Origin: Tissierellia bacterium
GTDB taxonomy: Bacteria; Bacillota; Clostridia; Peptostreptococcales; Acidaminobacteraceae
DNA length: 64,000 nt
Direction of reading: 5' to 3'
Assembly (NCBI GenBank): GCA_012838225.1
Contig: DUPT01000038.1
Span: 10,557 to 74,556, forward strand
The position numbers were made by a program, and so were the translations under genes. Positions 37,483-46,630 of this stretch are shown here, piece after piece (position 1 is the first letter of the stretch; the number at the start of each line of letters is the position of its first letter). Under the pieces are notes generated by a model that did not search any database, was not told the origin of the DNA, and saw only the letters and a list, made by a program, of their open reading frames with translations.

Positions 37483-38775
37483 TTATTCCTCCACTCGGCG
37501 AAGAAATTCCTCCGCCGTCATAAGTTGTTGTTCCGATCGTTCCAGATCGCGTACAGCGATCTTACCTTGGGCCAGTTCGTCCTCGCCCACGATGATGGCG
37601 TAGCGGGCATTCATCCGATCGGCCTGCTTCATGGCCGCCTTCATCGATCGATCATTGACCTCGAGTTCGGCAATTAGGCCACGCTCTCGAAGCTCAGCCA
37701 GCAGCTCGACCAGCTCGAGCTTCGCCTGAGGTCCAAAGCCGATCAGAAAGCTTCCTTGTCGCTCGGGCCGATCAGCCTCTTCCCGGTAGAGATCGGCGGC
37801 CATCAGCAATCGATCCATGCCCATACCGAAGCCGACCCCCGGAATATCCGGACCGCCCAGATTCTCCACCAGCCCATCATAGCGGCCGCCGCCACAGATA
37901 CTGCTCTGGGCGCCTAGGCCATCGTGCTTGATCTCAAAGGCGGTCTTAACATAGTAATCGAGTCCCCGGACGATATTGGGATCGATCTCAAAGTCCACCC
38001 CCAGGGCGTCCAGGTAGTGCTGGAGCTGATCGAAGTGATCGCGACAGTCCTTACACAGATAGTCGAGCATGACCGGGTGGCCCTGGATGAGTGCCTGGTC
38101 GGCCGGCACCTTACAGTCGATGATCCGCAGCGGATTCTTATCAAAGCGCGACTGACAATCGCCGCACAGTCGCTCGAGCTTATCAGACAATAAGTCACGC
38201 AAGGCTTCATGGAATACCGGATGACACACCGGACAACCGACGGAGTTGATCAGGGTGTCGATCGAGGGCACACCGCTTTGGCGGATCATCGTGGCGGCCA
38301 GATCGATCACCTCGGCATCACAAAAGGCATCATCCGAGCCCAATGTCTCGACCCCAAACTGCGTGAATTCCCGGAAGCGACCGGCCTGAGGCCGCTCATT
38401 GCGAAAGTTGGACCCCAGATAGCTCAGCTTCATCGGCATGGCCTGAGCGTAGAGCTTGTTCTCGATGAAGCTACGCATGACGGAGGCCGTCCCCTCCGGC
38501 CGAAGCGTCAGACCCTCTTTTTTCAGGTCATAGTCACCCGTTTTATACTTTTCCAGATTGGCGGCCGAGATGACACGAAACATCTCTTTGGTCACGATGT
38601 CGGTCGTCTCGCCTACGCCCCGTTCAAACAATTCGGTTTTTTCAAACATCGGATAGCGGATCTCGCGAAAGCCGTATTGCTCCGAGAGTCTGATGAAGCG
38701 TTGCTCCAACTCACGGATCTTGACCACGTCCTCCGGTAAGAAGTCACGCATCCCTTTCGGTTTTTGGATCATCAT
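37483..38775 (-). CDS. hisS: histidine--tRNA ligase
   Basis: KGMRDFLP, YLGSNFRNERPQAGRFREFTQ, CGGGRYDGL. 430 aa. Directly abuts aspS. Confidence 0.95.
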   Translation of the reverse strand: MMIQKPKGMRDFLPEDVVKIRELEQRFIRLSEQYGFREIRYPMFEKTELFERGVGETTDIVTKEMFRVISAANLEKYKTGDYDLKKEGLTLRPEGTASVMRSFIENKLYAQAMPMKLSYLGSNFRNERPQAGRFREFTQFGVETLGSDDAFCDAEVIDLAATMIRQSGVPSIDTLINSVGCPVCHPVFHEALRDLLSDKLERLCGDCQSRFDKNPLRIIDCKVPADQALIQGHPVMLDYLCKDCRDHFDQLQHYLDALGVDFEIDPNIVRGLDYYVKTAFEIKHDGLGAQSSICGGGRYDGLVENLGGPDIPGVGFGMGMDRLLMAADLYREEADRPERQGSFLIGFGPQAKLELVELLAELRERGLIAELEVNDRSMKAAMKQADRMNARYAIIVGEDELAQGKIAVRDLERSEQQLMTAEEFLRRVEE

Positions 38776-38779
38776 TTCC

Positions 38780-38972
38780 TCCAGTTAAAAAAAGGAATCC
38801 TTCACTCTAGGGACGAGCGTTCGGCCCGCGTTGCCACCCTAGTTGGAAAAATCCCACTTGATTATCAGCGTCTTCATGAGATGTCTTCTTTCAGGCCAAC
38901 CATCCGTTTTCACCGGCCACGGACTCGCTAAAGATCAGCTTCTGAAATACTCGTTCTCAGACGATATTCGAT
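38780..38972 (-). promoter_or_regulatory. T-box leader (tRNA-sensing riboswitch) of hisS-aspS, specifier GAC (Asp)
   Basis: Minus-strand elements: GA/K-turn CGUCUGAGAAC...AUGAAGACG; AGUA; stem UUUCAG/CUGAAA; AG bulge AGCGAG; distal loop GGUGAAAAC; specifier loop GAA-GAC-A (GAC at 38883-38885); T-box core AACUAGGGUGGCAACGCG (38827-38844); T7 run before the RBS. Confidence 0.85.
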
Positions 38973-38979
38973 TGGTCTT

Positions 38980-39008
38980 ATTCTATGTCAGATGATCTCC
39001 TTCGTCAA
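38980..39008 (-). promoter_or_regulatory. sigma-A promoter driving the T-box leader
   Basis: TTGACG, 17 nt, then TAGAAT. The -35 overlaps the vanZ stop codon. Confidence 0.6.
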
Positions 39009-39505
39009 GGCGTGGCCCGCTGACTTTTTCCAAGCAGCAGACGGTAGATCAAATAGCCCAAAACGACGCCCCAGAAATTGAAGAAGACATCACTGACATC
39101 GGCCACCCGGTAGTAGTCGATCGTCGTATAGAGCAGCATAAACTGGGTCAACTCGATCAAGACCGGCGTCAGGACGCCCAGGCCGAGTGTCTTGGCCCAA
39201 CTGTGGCGACTGATCAGCGGATAGAGAAAGCCCAGCGGCAGCGTCAACAGCACATTGAGCCAGGCCTCTCGCCAGACGAAGTACTGAAACAGCTCCAATT
39301 GGAGATGATGCTCCTTATTGACCAGCCCCCACTCCCAATCGAGTGTGATCGGAAAGAGCGTCTGCGACACGACACCGGCCAGGTAGACATAGAACACGGC
39401 CCGGTAGATGAGGTGTCTGATGGATTGTCGGCGCTGGCTCCATAAAAAAAGTGGAAAGATCACCAGCGCCAGGAGAAAGAATTCTCCCTGATCGAACACC
39501 ATCAT
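39005..39505 (-). CDS. VanZ-family membrane protein
   Basis: N..LLTLPLGF, IELTQ, R..DVSDVFFNFWGVVLGY pattern. Four to five TM helices. Confidence 0.7.
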   Translation of the reverse strand: MMVFDQGEFFLLALVIFPLFLWSQRRQSIRHLIYRAVFYVYLAGVVSQTLFPITLDWEWGLVNKEHHLQLELFQYFVWREAWLNVLLTLPLGFLYPLISRHSWAKTLGLGVLTPVLIELTQFMLLYTTIDYYRVADVSDVFFNFWGVVLGYLIYRLLLGKSQRATP

Positions 39506-40734
39506 TTCTCGGCTTGCTCACGATAGATCTGGATCAAACGCAGGATCACCTCGACTGCCTTTTCCATCCCGGCGACCGGAATAAACTCATATCGTCCGTG
39601 ATAGTTCTCGCCTCCGCTGAAGATATTGGGGCAAGGCAGTCCCATAAAGGACAGTCTGGCACCATCGGTCCCGCCGCGAATCGCCTTGACGATCGGCTCG
39701 ACCCCACAATCAAGCATCGCCCGATGAGCGTAGTCGATCATATACATGACCGGCTCGATCTGCTCTTTCATATTTTGATACTGATCCCGCAGCTTCAGCT
39801 CAAAGCGGTCGCCGTATTCGCGGTTGAAGTCTTCGGTCAGATCCATCAGGAATTGCTTCTTCTCTGAGAATTTTTCACTGTCGTGATCCCGAATGATATA
39901 CTTCAGGGTCGCTTGTTCGACCGTCCCCTCGAAGTGCATCAGCAGATAGAAGCCGTCATAGCCGTCGGTTTTCTCCGGGACTTCGTCCTTTGGCAAAGCA
40001 TCAGCCCACTCCATCGCCAAGGTGATGGCATTGATCAGCTTGTCCTTGGCCGTTCCGGGGTGGACATTTCGGCCTTGGACGCTCAGGACCGCTTCGGCGG
40101 CATTGAAGTTTTCATACTCCAACTCTCCGACCGGTCCGCCATCGATGGTATAGGCGACATCGGCCCCAAAGCGTTTGACATCGAAATAGTCGGCTCCCCG
40201 ACCGACCTCTTCGTCGGGCGTAAAAGCAAACAGGATATCACCGTGTTCGATCTCTGGATGCTTGACTAAGTGTTCAATGACTGTCATAATTTCGGCGACA
40301 CCGGCTTTATTATCGGCCCCTAGCAGCGTCTTGCCGTCGGTATGGATGATGTCTTGACCGACATAAGCGCTCAGATTGGGAAAATCGGCCACCGCCATCA
40401 CGATATTTTCATCAGCCTGAAGCACCAAATCACCGCCCTGATAGCGGGTGATGATCGGTTCGACATCTTTTCCGGCGAAATCCGGCGAGGTATCGACATG
40501 GGCCAAAAGTCCCAGTTTGGTGATTGACCGATCGGTATTTGCGGGTAATTTAGCCATCAGATAGCCATGCTCATCGAGTGACACCTCAAGCCCCAGCTGC
40601 TTGACCTCCTGCTCGAGCAGGCGCAGCAGATCCCATTGACCGGGCGTCGTCGGGACGGTGGTCGAATCCGGATCGGATTGGGTATCGATTTTAGCATAGC
40701 GGATAAACTTTTCAACAACGTTTGACATCAGCAC
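39502..40734 (-). CDS. pepT: peptidase T (M20B tripeptide aminopeptidase)
   Basis: VEKFIRYAKIDTQSD N-terminus, HVDT, GADNKAG, DEEVG metal ligands. 410 aa. Confidence 0.9.
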   Translation of the reverse strand: MLMSNVVEKFIRYAKIDTQSDPDSTTVPTTPGQWDLLRLLEQEVKQLGLEVSLDEHGYLMAKLPANTDRSITKLGLLAHVDTSPDFAGKDVEPIITRYQGGDLVLQADENIVMAVADFPNLSAYVGQDIIHTDGKTLLGADNKAGVAEIMTVIEHLVKHPEIEHGDILFAFTPDEEVGRGADYFDVKRFGADVAYTIDGGPVGELEYENFNAAEAVLSVQGRNVHPGTAKDKLINAITLAMEWADALPKDEVPEKTDGYDGFYLLMHFEGTVEQATLKYIIRDHDSEKFSEKKQFLMDLTEDFNREYGDRFELKLRDQYQNMKEQIEPVMYMIDYAHRAMLDCGVEPIVKAIRGGTDGARLSFMGLPCPNIFSGGENYHGRYEFIPVAGMEKAVEVILRLIQIYREQAEK

Positions 40735-40782
40735 TCCCCTTCCTTAAAAACACTTGTACCATTATATCACAGGAGGTTTGTC

Positions 40783-41547
40783 GTGACGCACTCCGACCAA
40801 CAATCCATTTTGAATTTAGCGCTGGCGACGGGTGAGCTCCTCTTGACCTCGGGGGCTGAGACCTACCGGGTAGAAGAAACCATCGATCGGATGTGTCAGT
40901 CTCGCGGTGTGGCGGGCGAAAGCTTTGTCACGCCCAGCGTCATCCTGGTCACCGGCATCATCGACGGCAGCCCGATCACCCATATGAAGCGGGTCCATCC
41001 CCAACAGATCGACCTGCATAAGATCGATGAAGCCAATAACTTTGCCCGAAGCTTTACCGCCTCTGATATGCCGATCACTACCGCCTGGGAGGAGCTGAAC
41101 CGGGTGGCTAACTCACTGCAATACCCCCTCCCCATCAGCCTGCTGGGCGGCGGCTTGGCGGTCGGTGGCTTTGCCGTTTTGTTCGGTGCTCCGGCCGGTC
41201 AGTTTCCGTTGGCTTTTTTGATCGGTGTCTTGCTTCAGCTGTTTATGGTCACCATTATGCCGCTTCGGCTCAATTTCTTTTTGCGCAATATCGTGGCTTC
41301 GTTTGTCGTGACGATCCTGATCCACCTGCTGGATCGACTCTTTGCCTTGGCGATCAATGCCATGATCATCGGATCGATCATGCCGCTGGTCCCGGGCGTC
41401 GCCATCACCAATAGCGTTCGCGATACCTTGACCGGTGATTTTCTATCGGGACTGACCCGGGCCAGTGAGGCCGTCTTTATCGCCCTGGGCATTGCTTTTG
41501 GCGTCGGTGTCGGTCTGGTCCTTATGACAGGAGTGTTGCCGGTATGA
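40783..41547 (+). CDS. threonine/serine exporter family protein (ThrE, DUF1212 part)
   Basis: LLTSGAETYRVEETI motif. 254 aa, polytopic. Confidence 0.8.
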   Translation: MTHSDQQSILNLALATGELLLTSGAETYRVEETIDRMCQSRGVAGESFVTPSVILVTGIIDGSPITHMKRVHPQQIDLHKIDEANNFARSFTASDMPITTAWEELNRVANSLQYPLPISLLGGGLAVGGFAVLFGAPAGQFPLAFLIGVLLQLFMVTIMPLRLNFFLRNIVASFVVTILIHLLDRLFALAINAMIIGSIMPLVPGVAITNSVRDTLTGDFLSGLTRASEAVFIALGIAFGVGVGLVLMTGVLPV

Positions 41548-41972
41548 TGATGACGTGGTTCTATGGCTTTATCTCGACTGTCGGTCTATCGATCCTGTTC
41601 AATATCCGGCGCAAGCATATCGTCCTGGCAGCCATCGGCGGCGGCTCGGCCGGTCTGATCCAGCAGCAGCTTCTTTTAAGCACCGACAATATCCTATTAG
41701 CGGCCTTTGTGGCGGCCTTTGTGATCAGTATCTATAGTGAGATCATGGCCGGCATCCAAAAGGCACCCTCGACCACCTATGTCATCCCGGGTGTCCTGCC
41801 GCTGGTACCGGGGGCCGGGATGTACTATACCATGCTCTACCTGGCCGAACGCAATCTCAGTCAGGCGGCTGCCTATGGCTATCAGACGGTGTTTGCTGCG
41901 CTGGCGATCGCCTGTGGCGTCATCATCGCTCCCTCGATCAGACGACTCGTCCGCCAATTGCGATCATACTGA
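41544..41972 (+). CDS. threonine/serine exporter family small subunit (DUF3815 part)
   Basis: 142 aa with four TM helices. 4-nt overlap with the preceding ThrE-like gene and VIPGVLPLVPG motif. Confidence 0.75.
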   Translation: MMMTWFYGFISTVGLSILFNIRRKHIVLAAIGGGSAGLIQQQLLLSTDNILLAAFVAAFVISIYSEIMAGIQKAPSTTYVIPGVLPLVPGAGMYYTMLYLAERNLSQAAAYGYQTVFAALAIACGVIIAPSIRRLVRQLRSY

Positions 41973-41973
41973 T

Positions 41974-42004
41974 ACCACCTGATTTGTCGGGTGGTTTCTG
42001 TTTA
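41974..42004 (+). terminator. candidate terminator after the thrE pair
   Basis: ACCACC-N10-GGTGGT followed by TTCTGTTT. Confidence 0.45.
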
Positions 42005-42069
42005 GACAATGCTACAATGATTGTGGGGCAAACCATTGAATCCCCTACCAGTCGACCAAGGAGGTTTCC

Positions 42070-43248
42070 ATGACGATCCGCATCCTGGGAAAAGATGATA
42101 TTCCGGCCAATCTCGAGCTCAGCTATCTTGGCTATCCTACGATCAGAGACTATACCGACGAAGGTGTGGCCGACTATACCCGGCAGCTCGAGCTGATCAC
42201 AGACGACGCCAGCGGAGTGAGCGCCTATGGCGGATTTATCGATGATCGTTTGGTCGCGATCGCCCGGGCATTTGATTTTGAGATGAATGTCTATGGCCAA
42301 ATGACCAAGGTCAGCGGCTACGGCACCCTGGCCGTCCACCCGCTGTATAAAAAAAGCGGACTGGCCGCTCGTCTGACGGCCTATTACGAAGACCAAGCCA
42401 AACAACAGGGCATCGATACCACCTGTCTGCTGCCGTTTCGGCCGGACTACTACGAACAAAAAGGCTACGGCTTCTCGACCAAGATGGAGCTCTACCAGGT
42501 CGATCTCAAATACTGCCCGGACTATTCGGGTCCCTACGAAGTCCGTCTGATCGAATCAGTCGACGAGCTGTTTCACTGCCACGATCATTTCACCCGCCAG
42601 ACCCATGGCATGGTGCGGCTGCTGGGCCTGGAGAAAGATCATCTCCGGCGAGAGTTTAAGGGCCTCCAGACCACCTTTATCGGCGTCTATCAGGCGGAGC
42701 GCTTGATCGGCTACACCAGCTACCGGATCAAGTCGCTGATCGACGGCAACTATACCAAAAACTATATCAAGGCCAATGATATCATCGTTCGAGACGCTCA
42801 GTCGCTTCGGGCCATCCTGGGCTTTTTTCGCCGGCAAAGCGATTTGGCAGAGTATGTCGAATTCCACACCCAGATCCCGGGCATCACCCATCTTTTTTCC
42901 AATCCCTTAGACCGCTCCGGCGGCTATATCGCCAATGGCTATCTCCAGTCCAACCGCCAAGCCGTCGGTCTGATGCTAAAGATCATCGACCCGGCCCGCT
43001 GGCTTGAGCGTCACGGCGATAGGCTTTCGATGCCGCCTCTCACGTGGGATATCGAGGGAGAGATCGTTGGACGTGGTCCCCACCGGGTGTCTCTGAAAAG
43101 AAGCCATCTGTCCTCCCTGTGGTACGGAGCGATCAGTTTTTTGAGCCTCTACCGGCTGGGACTGATCGAGTGTGATGAGGCGACCGCTGAGCGCCTGCGC
43201 CGGACCTTTCCCGGAGATGATCCGCCGCAAAACAATACTGATTTCTAA
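42070..43248 (+). CDS. GNAT N-acetyltransferase with C-terminal SCP2-like domain (Eis-like architecture)
   Basis: 392 aa. The acetyl-CoA region VHPLYKKSGLAARL (Q/RxxGxG/A-like) and the overall length fit the Eis family. Confidence 0.6.
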   Translation: MTIRILGKDDIPANLELSYLGYPTIRDYTDEGVADYTRQLELITDDASGVSAYGGFIDDRLVAIARAFDFEMNVYGQMTKVSGYGTLAVHPLYKKSGLAARLTAYYEDQAKQQGIDTTCLLPFRPDYYEQKGYGFSTKMELYQVDLKYCPDYSGPYEVRLIESVDELFHCHDHFTRQTHGMVRLLGLEKDHLRREFKGLQTTFIGVYQAERLIGYTSYRIKSLIDGNYTKNYIKANDIIVRDAQSLRAILGFFRRQSDLAEYVEFHTQIPGITHLFSNPLDRSGGYIANGYLQSNRQAVGLMLKIIDPARWLERHGDRLSMPPLTWDIEGEIVGRGPHRVSLKRSHLSSLWYGAISFLSLYRLGLIECDEATAERLRRTFPGDDPPQNNTDF

Positions 43249-43256
43249 AAGTACAT

Positions 43257-43292
43257 TTGAAAAAAGGCCCGTGATCGTAAGATCGTGGGCCT
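43257..43292 (-). terminator. intrinsic terminator ending the hemZ-like...lipoprotein operon (shared with the convergent GNAT gene)
   Basis: 12-bp stem AGGCCCACGATC / GATCACGGGCCT followed by TTTTTT on the minus strand. Confidence 0.7.
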
Positions 43293-43298
43293 GATTCA

Positions 43299-44490
43299 TC
43301 ACTCCAGAAAAAACAGCAGGTCGATATCTACCTTCGGTAGGAAGATCATTCCGTCAAAATTTTGCGCCAGATCAAACTCATACGTCTGAGTCTCCACCTG
43401 GAGCGAGAAGTCCAGGCGGACCGGCAGCGGCTGATCGGCCAGCGGCCTCAGATCGATCCAGACGCGCTGATCGTCATAGCTTTCTTCCAGGGCGACAAAC
43501 AACTCACCATCTTCAAATGTCATTGTAGACGAGGCATTGAAGGGCAGCGCCACCCTAGTCAGCTCGATGGTTCGATGCTGGATCAGCAGGCTGTTGACAT
43601 CATAGCCGCCATCGACCAAGCGTCCGGCCAATGAGTGCTCAGCGACCGCTTCGGTCGTCTCAAACAGCCAATCCTGGCGAAAAGCGTGGGCTGAGCCGAT
43701 AATGATCAGGGCTTTCTCACCGTCATGCTTTTTAAGATAATACTCGACACTGTCCTGAATCAATTGCTCCCGGTCCCCCGAGATGTTCTCGATAAAGCCC
43801 TGCAAGAAGTTTTCACTTTGGTATCCCCATAGATTGGGTCGCACGATATCTTCACTCTCGATCATTTTTTGACTGATCCAGCGGAAATCCTGCTCGAGCC
43901 CATCACCCAGTCCGCTGACGACTCCCTCATCGAGTTGCTTGATATTGTCTTGCGGGTACTGGAAGAAGCTGCCGGCCAGTCCCATCTCACGCCGCAGGAC
44001 CCGGATCAGGGCCGGATAGGTCGAAGAGATGGGCAAGGCGTCGATATCGATGGCATAGAGCCTCATCTGTTCAGCCGCTCGATCGGCCGCTCGCAGAGAC
44101 TCATTCCACTGCCGGATGGCCTCGATCCCTTGGCGAATGACTGTCGGCCAGGTCTGTTTGTTCCCAGGGAAAGTCGGTGATCTGACCCGTCACATAGAAA
44201 TCGAGCAACGGACCAGCCGACAGCGGTATCTCCAACAGGATCAGGCGAATGCCGGCTTCATGCAGTCCCGGTATGATCTGGGTGTAGAACTCATGGGTCT
44301 GTTTGACCCAATGAAGCTCTCCCAGGATATTGACGTGACCTCTTGCGATGAACTCGGACAAATCCTTGGGGATGGTCTCACCAAAATCGGTGCTGTGATC
44401 TAGCACCTGTTCAAGGGTCCCTTTTTGCTCGGCCGCACAACCGGTGAGCAGTAGCAGGATTAGCAGCAGGCCAATGATTCGTTTAGTCAT
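43299..44490 (-). pseudogene. Tiki/ChaN/erythromycin-esterase-superfamily-like lipoprotein, reading frame interrupted (two ORFs 44101-44490 and 43299-44066)
   Basis: Lipobox LLLTGC. GELH...LLE and IIIGSAHA (GxxH...E...GxxH) are split over two frames. The downstream frame is open from 44188 and reads ...WPTVIRQGIEAIRQWNESLRAADRAAEQMRLYAIDID, with no RBS before Met 44066. Confidence 0.5.
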
Positions 44491-45020
44491 ATCGCCGATC
44501 CCTCGTCGATATAAGGATTTGGTGTCGGATTGGTGTTACGATAGACCACCCGTCGATGATCGTATTGCGGATCCTCGATGGTCTCACTCTCCCAGACCAC
44601 CTCCCAGTCCGCCGCCTGATCGAGATCGGTGATCAGCGCATCGGGGTTGTCGAAGGTGGCATAGATCTTAGTGATGATGGCGTGGTCACAATAGGGCCGA
44701 AAGGTTTCGTAGATATTGGCGCCACCCATGATGACAAAATCATCATCGGCCATCGTGGCGGCTAAGGCCAAGGCCTCATCGACCGAGTGGACTGTTTCAA
44801 AGCCGTCGGCTTGAAAAGCTTTGTTTCTTGTCAAGACGATGTTTCGCCGACCCGGCAGGGCTTTTTGGCCGGGCAGTGATTCATACGTCTTACGCCCCAT
44901 GAGCACGGTTTTTCCCATGGTCTGGTCTTTAAAGAATTTCAGATCCGTTTTTAGATGGACCAGCATATCACCGGCCGCTCCGATCGCCCAGTTGCGATCG
45001 ACATTGACGATATAAAACAA
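44487..45020 (-). CDS. folA: dihydrofolate reductase
   Basis: NWAIG...LKFFKDQTMGKTVLMGRKTYESLP, 177 aa. Downstream of thyA. Confidence 0.9.
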   Translation of the reverse strand: MFYIVNVDRNWAIGAAGDMLVHLKTDLKFFKDQTMGKTVLMGRKTYESLPGQKALPGRRNIVLTRNKAFQADGFETVHSVDEALALAATMADDDFVIMGGANIYETFRPYCDHAIITKIYATFDNPDALITDLDQAADWEVVWESETIEDPQYDHRRVVYRNTNPTPNPYIDEGSAI

Positions 45021-45029
45021 GCTTTCCTC

Positions 45030-45860
45030 CTAGATGGCGATCGGGATATTCTTGACGGCTTCTCCCGTCACCAGATCGTCGAGTCGAAAGTCATCGACGG
45101 TGAAATCATAGAAATCGGTGATGTCGGGATTGATCCAAAGCTTTGGTGCCGGATGCTCCGGCCGGGTGATGAGCTCCTCGACGATCGGGACATGCCGATC
45201 ATAGATATGGGCATCGGCGATCACATGGACCATCTCCCCCACCTCAAGCCCGCTCACCTGAGCCATCATATGGGTCAAGATGGCGTATTGCATAACATTT
45301 AGGGCATTGGCCGCCAGGACGTCATTGCTGCGCTGATTGAGGATCGTATTCAATGTCTTTCCGGTGACATTGAAGGTCATGGAATAGGCACAAGGATAGA
45401 GCCTCATCTCACTCAGGTCCTGATGGACGTAGATATTGGTCATGATCCGGCGGCTATAGGGATTGTGCTTTAGATCATACAGCACCCGATCCACCTGATC
45501 GAACAGGCCTTCTTTGTACTGATGCTTGATGGCCAACTGATAGCCATAGGCTTTTCCGATCGAGCCATCCTCATCGGCCCACTCATCCCAGATCTTGGGC
45601 TTGAGGTCCTTGATATTGTTCGACTTCTTCTGCCAGATCCACAGGATCTCATGGACAGCCGATTTAAAATAGGTCGGTCGAAGCGTCAGGGCGGGAAACT
45701 CTTCTTTTAGGTTATAGCGGTTGACGACGCCGAATCGCTTGATGGTATGGGCCGGTGTCCCATCGGGCCAGACAGGCCGGACGGTTTGGCCTTCACTCGA
45801 TGTACCATGATCTAGAATGTCGCGACACATCGCTTTAAAGATCTTATCAGCTTGACTCAT
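45030..45860 (-). CDS. thyA: thymidylate synthase (ThyA)
   Basis: RRIMTNIY, LYPCAYSMTFNV (catalytic Cys), QRSNDV. Start at ATG 45860, behind GGGAGGAATC. Confidence 0.93.
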   Translation of the reverse strand: MSQADKIFKAMCRDILDHGTSSEGQTVRPVWPDGTPAHTIKRFGVVNRYNLKEEFPALTLRPTYFKSAVHEILWIWQKKSNNIKDLKPKIWDEWADEDGSIGKAYGYQLAIKHQYKEGLFDQVDRVLYDLKHNPYSRRIMTNIYVHQDLSEMRLYPCAYSMTFNVTGKTLNTILNQRSNDVLAANALNVMQYAILTHMMAQVSGLEVGEMVHVIADAHIYDRHVPIVEELITRPEHPAPKLWINPDITDFYDFTVDDFRLDDLVTGEAVKNIPIAI

Positions 45861-46630
45861 GATTCCTCCCATCGATCATTGATCAGCCAGTCGAGGGCTT
45901 TGGGTAGTCGGCGGCGCCAAGCGTTTTCATTATGGCGCCCACCGGCTTCGATATAGAGCTTATAGGTGGCACCGGTCTGACTCAGGATATGAGCCAACCG
46001 GCGATTCGATTCCAGGTAGAGGGTGTCGAAGTTCTCTTCCTTTGATTCATCGGTTCCGGTGTCGAGATAGAAGCGCTGACCAAAGCTCGGATCGATCTGC
46101 TTGAGATAGACCTCCATGGCCTCTTGAAACACCCAAGCGGCCGTGCTCATGGCCAGGACCCACTGAAACTCCTCCGGATAAGTGATGGCACTATACAGGC
46201 TCATAACGCCGCCCAGGCTCGAGCCGGCCACCATCTGATTGCCATCGGTGCGATAGACTTTTTTCACCCAGGGGATGACGTCCTCGACCAAAAACCGCGC
46301 TGTCAGATCGCCTCGGCCGCCTCGCTCCTGCGAGAATTCCTCCCGGACATACTCCCCAAACCGCCAGGGGGAGTATTCCCCCATCCGCTCAGACGGTGAC
46401 GAGTCGAGGCCGACGAGGATCATCTCAAGCCCCAAGTCCTCGAGCGCCTGATCCGCCGCCCAGATCATACCGTAGGACGACGCCTCAGGCTCAAACAGGT
46501 TTTGACCATCAAAGAAATAGCCGACAGGATAATGAATCGATTCATCCTCATCATAGCCCGGCGGGGTATAGATCCGAAGCGTGATATCACGCGCTAATTG
46601 AGAACTGGTCAGCTTTGTCTGAGTGATCAT
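45857..46630 (-). CDS. alpha/beta-hydrolase, putative-esterase family (esterase D / siderophore-esterase-like)
   Basis: GSSLGG nucleophile elbow, 257 aa. Start at ATG 46630, behind AAGGAGGCAAA. ATGA overlaps at both ends. Confidence 0.7.
   Translation of the reverse strand: MITQTKLTSSQLARDITLRIYTPPGYDEDESIHYPVGYFFDGQNLFEPEASSYGMIWAADQALEDLGLEMILVGLDSSPSERMGEYSPWRFGEYVREEFSQERGGRGDLTARFLVEDVIPWVKKVYRTDGNQMVAGSSLGGVMSLYSAITYPEEFQWVLAMSTAAWVFQEAMEVYLKQIDPSFGQRFYLDTGTDESKEENFDTLYLESNRRLAHILSQTGATYKLYIEAGGRHNENAWRRRLPKALDWLINDRWEES

Noticed and set aside
41938-42459. 173-aa minus-strand ORF spanning the thrE-GNAT spacer and the GNAT 5' end
   Set aside because: It overlaps the terminator of the thrE pair and the RBS and start of the GNAT gene. 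Its composition is low-complexity and it has no RBS.
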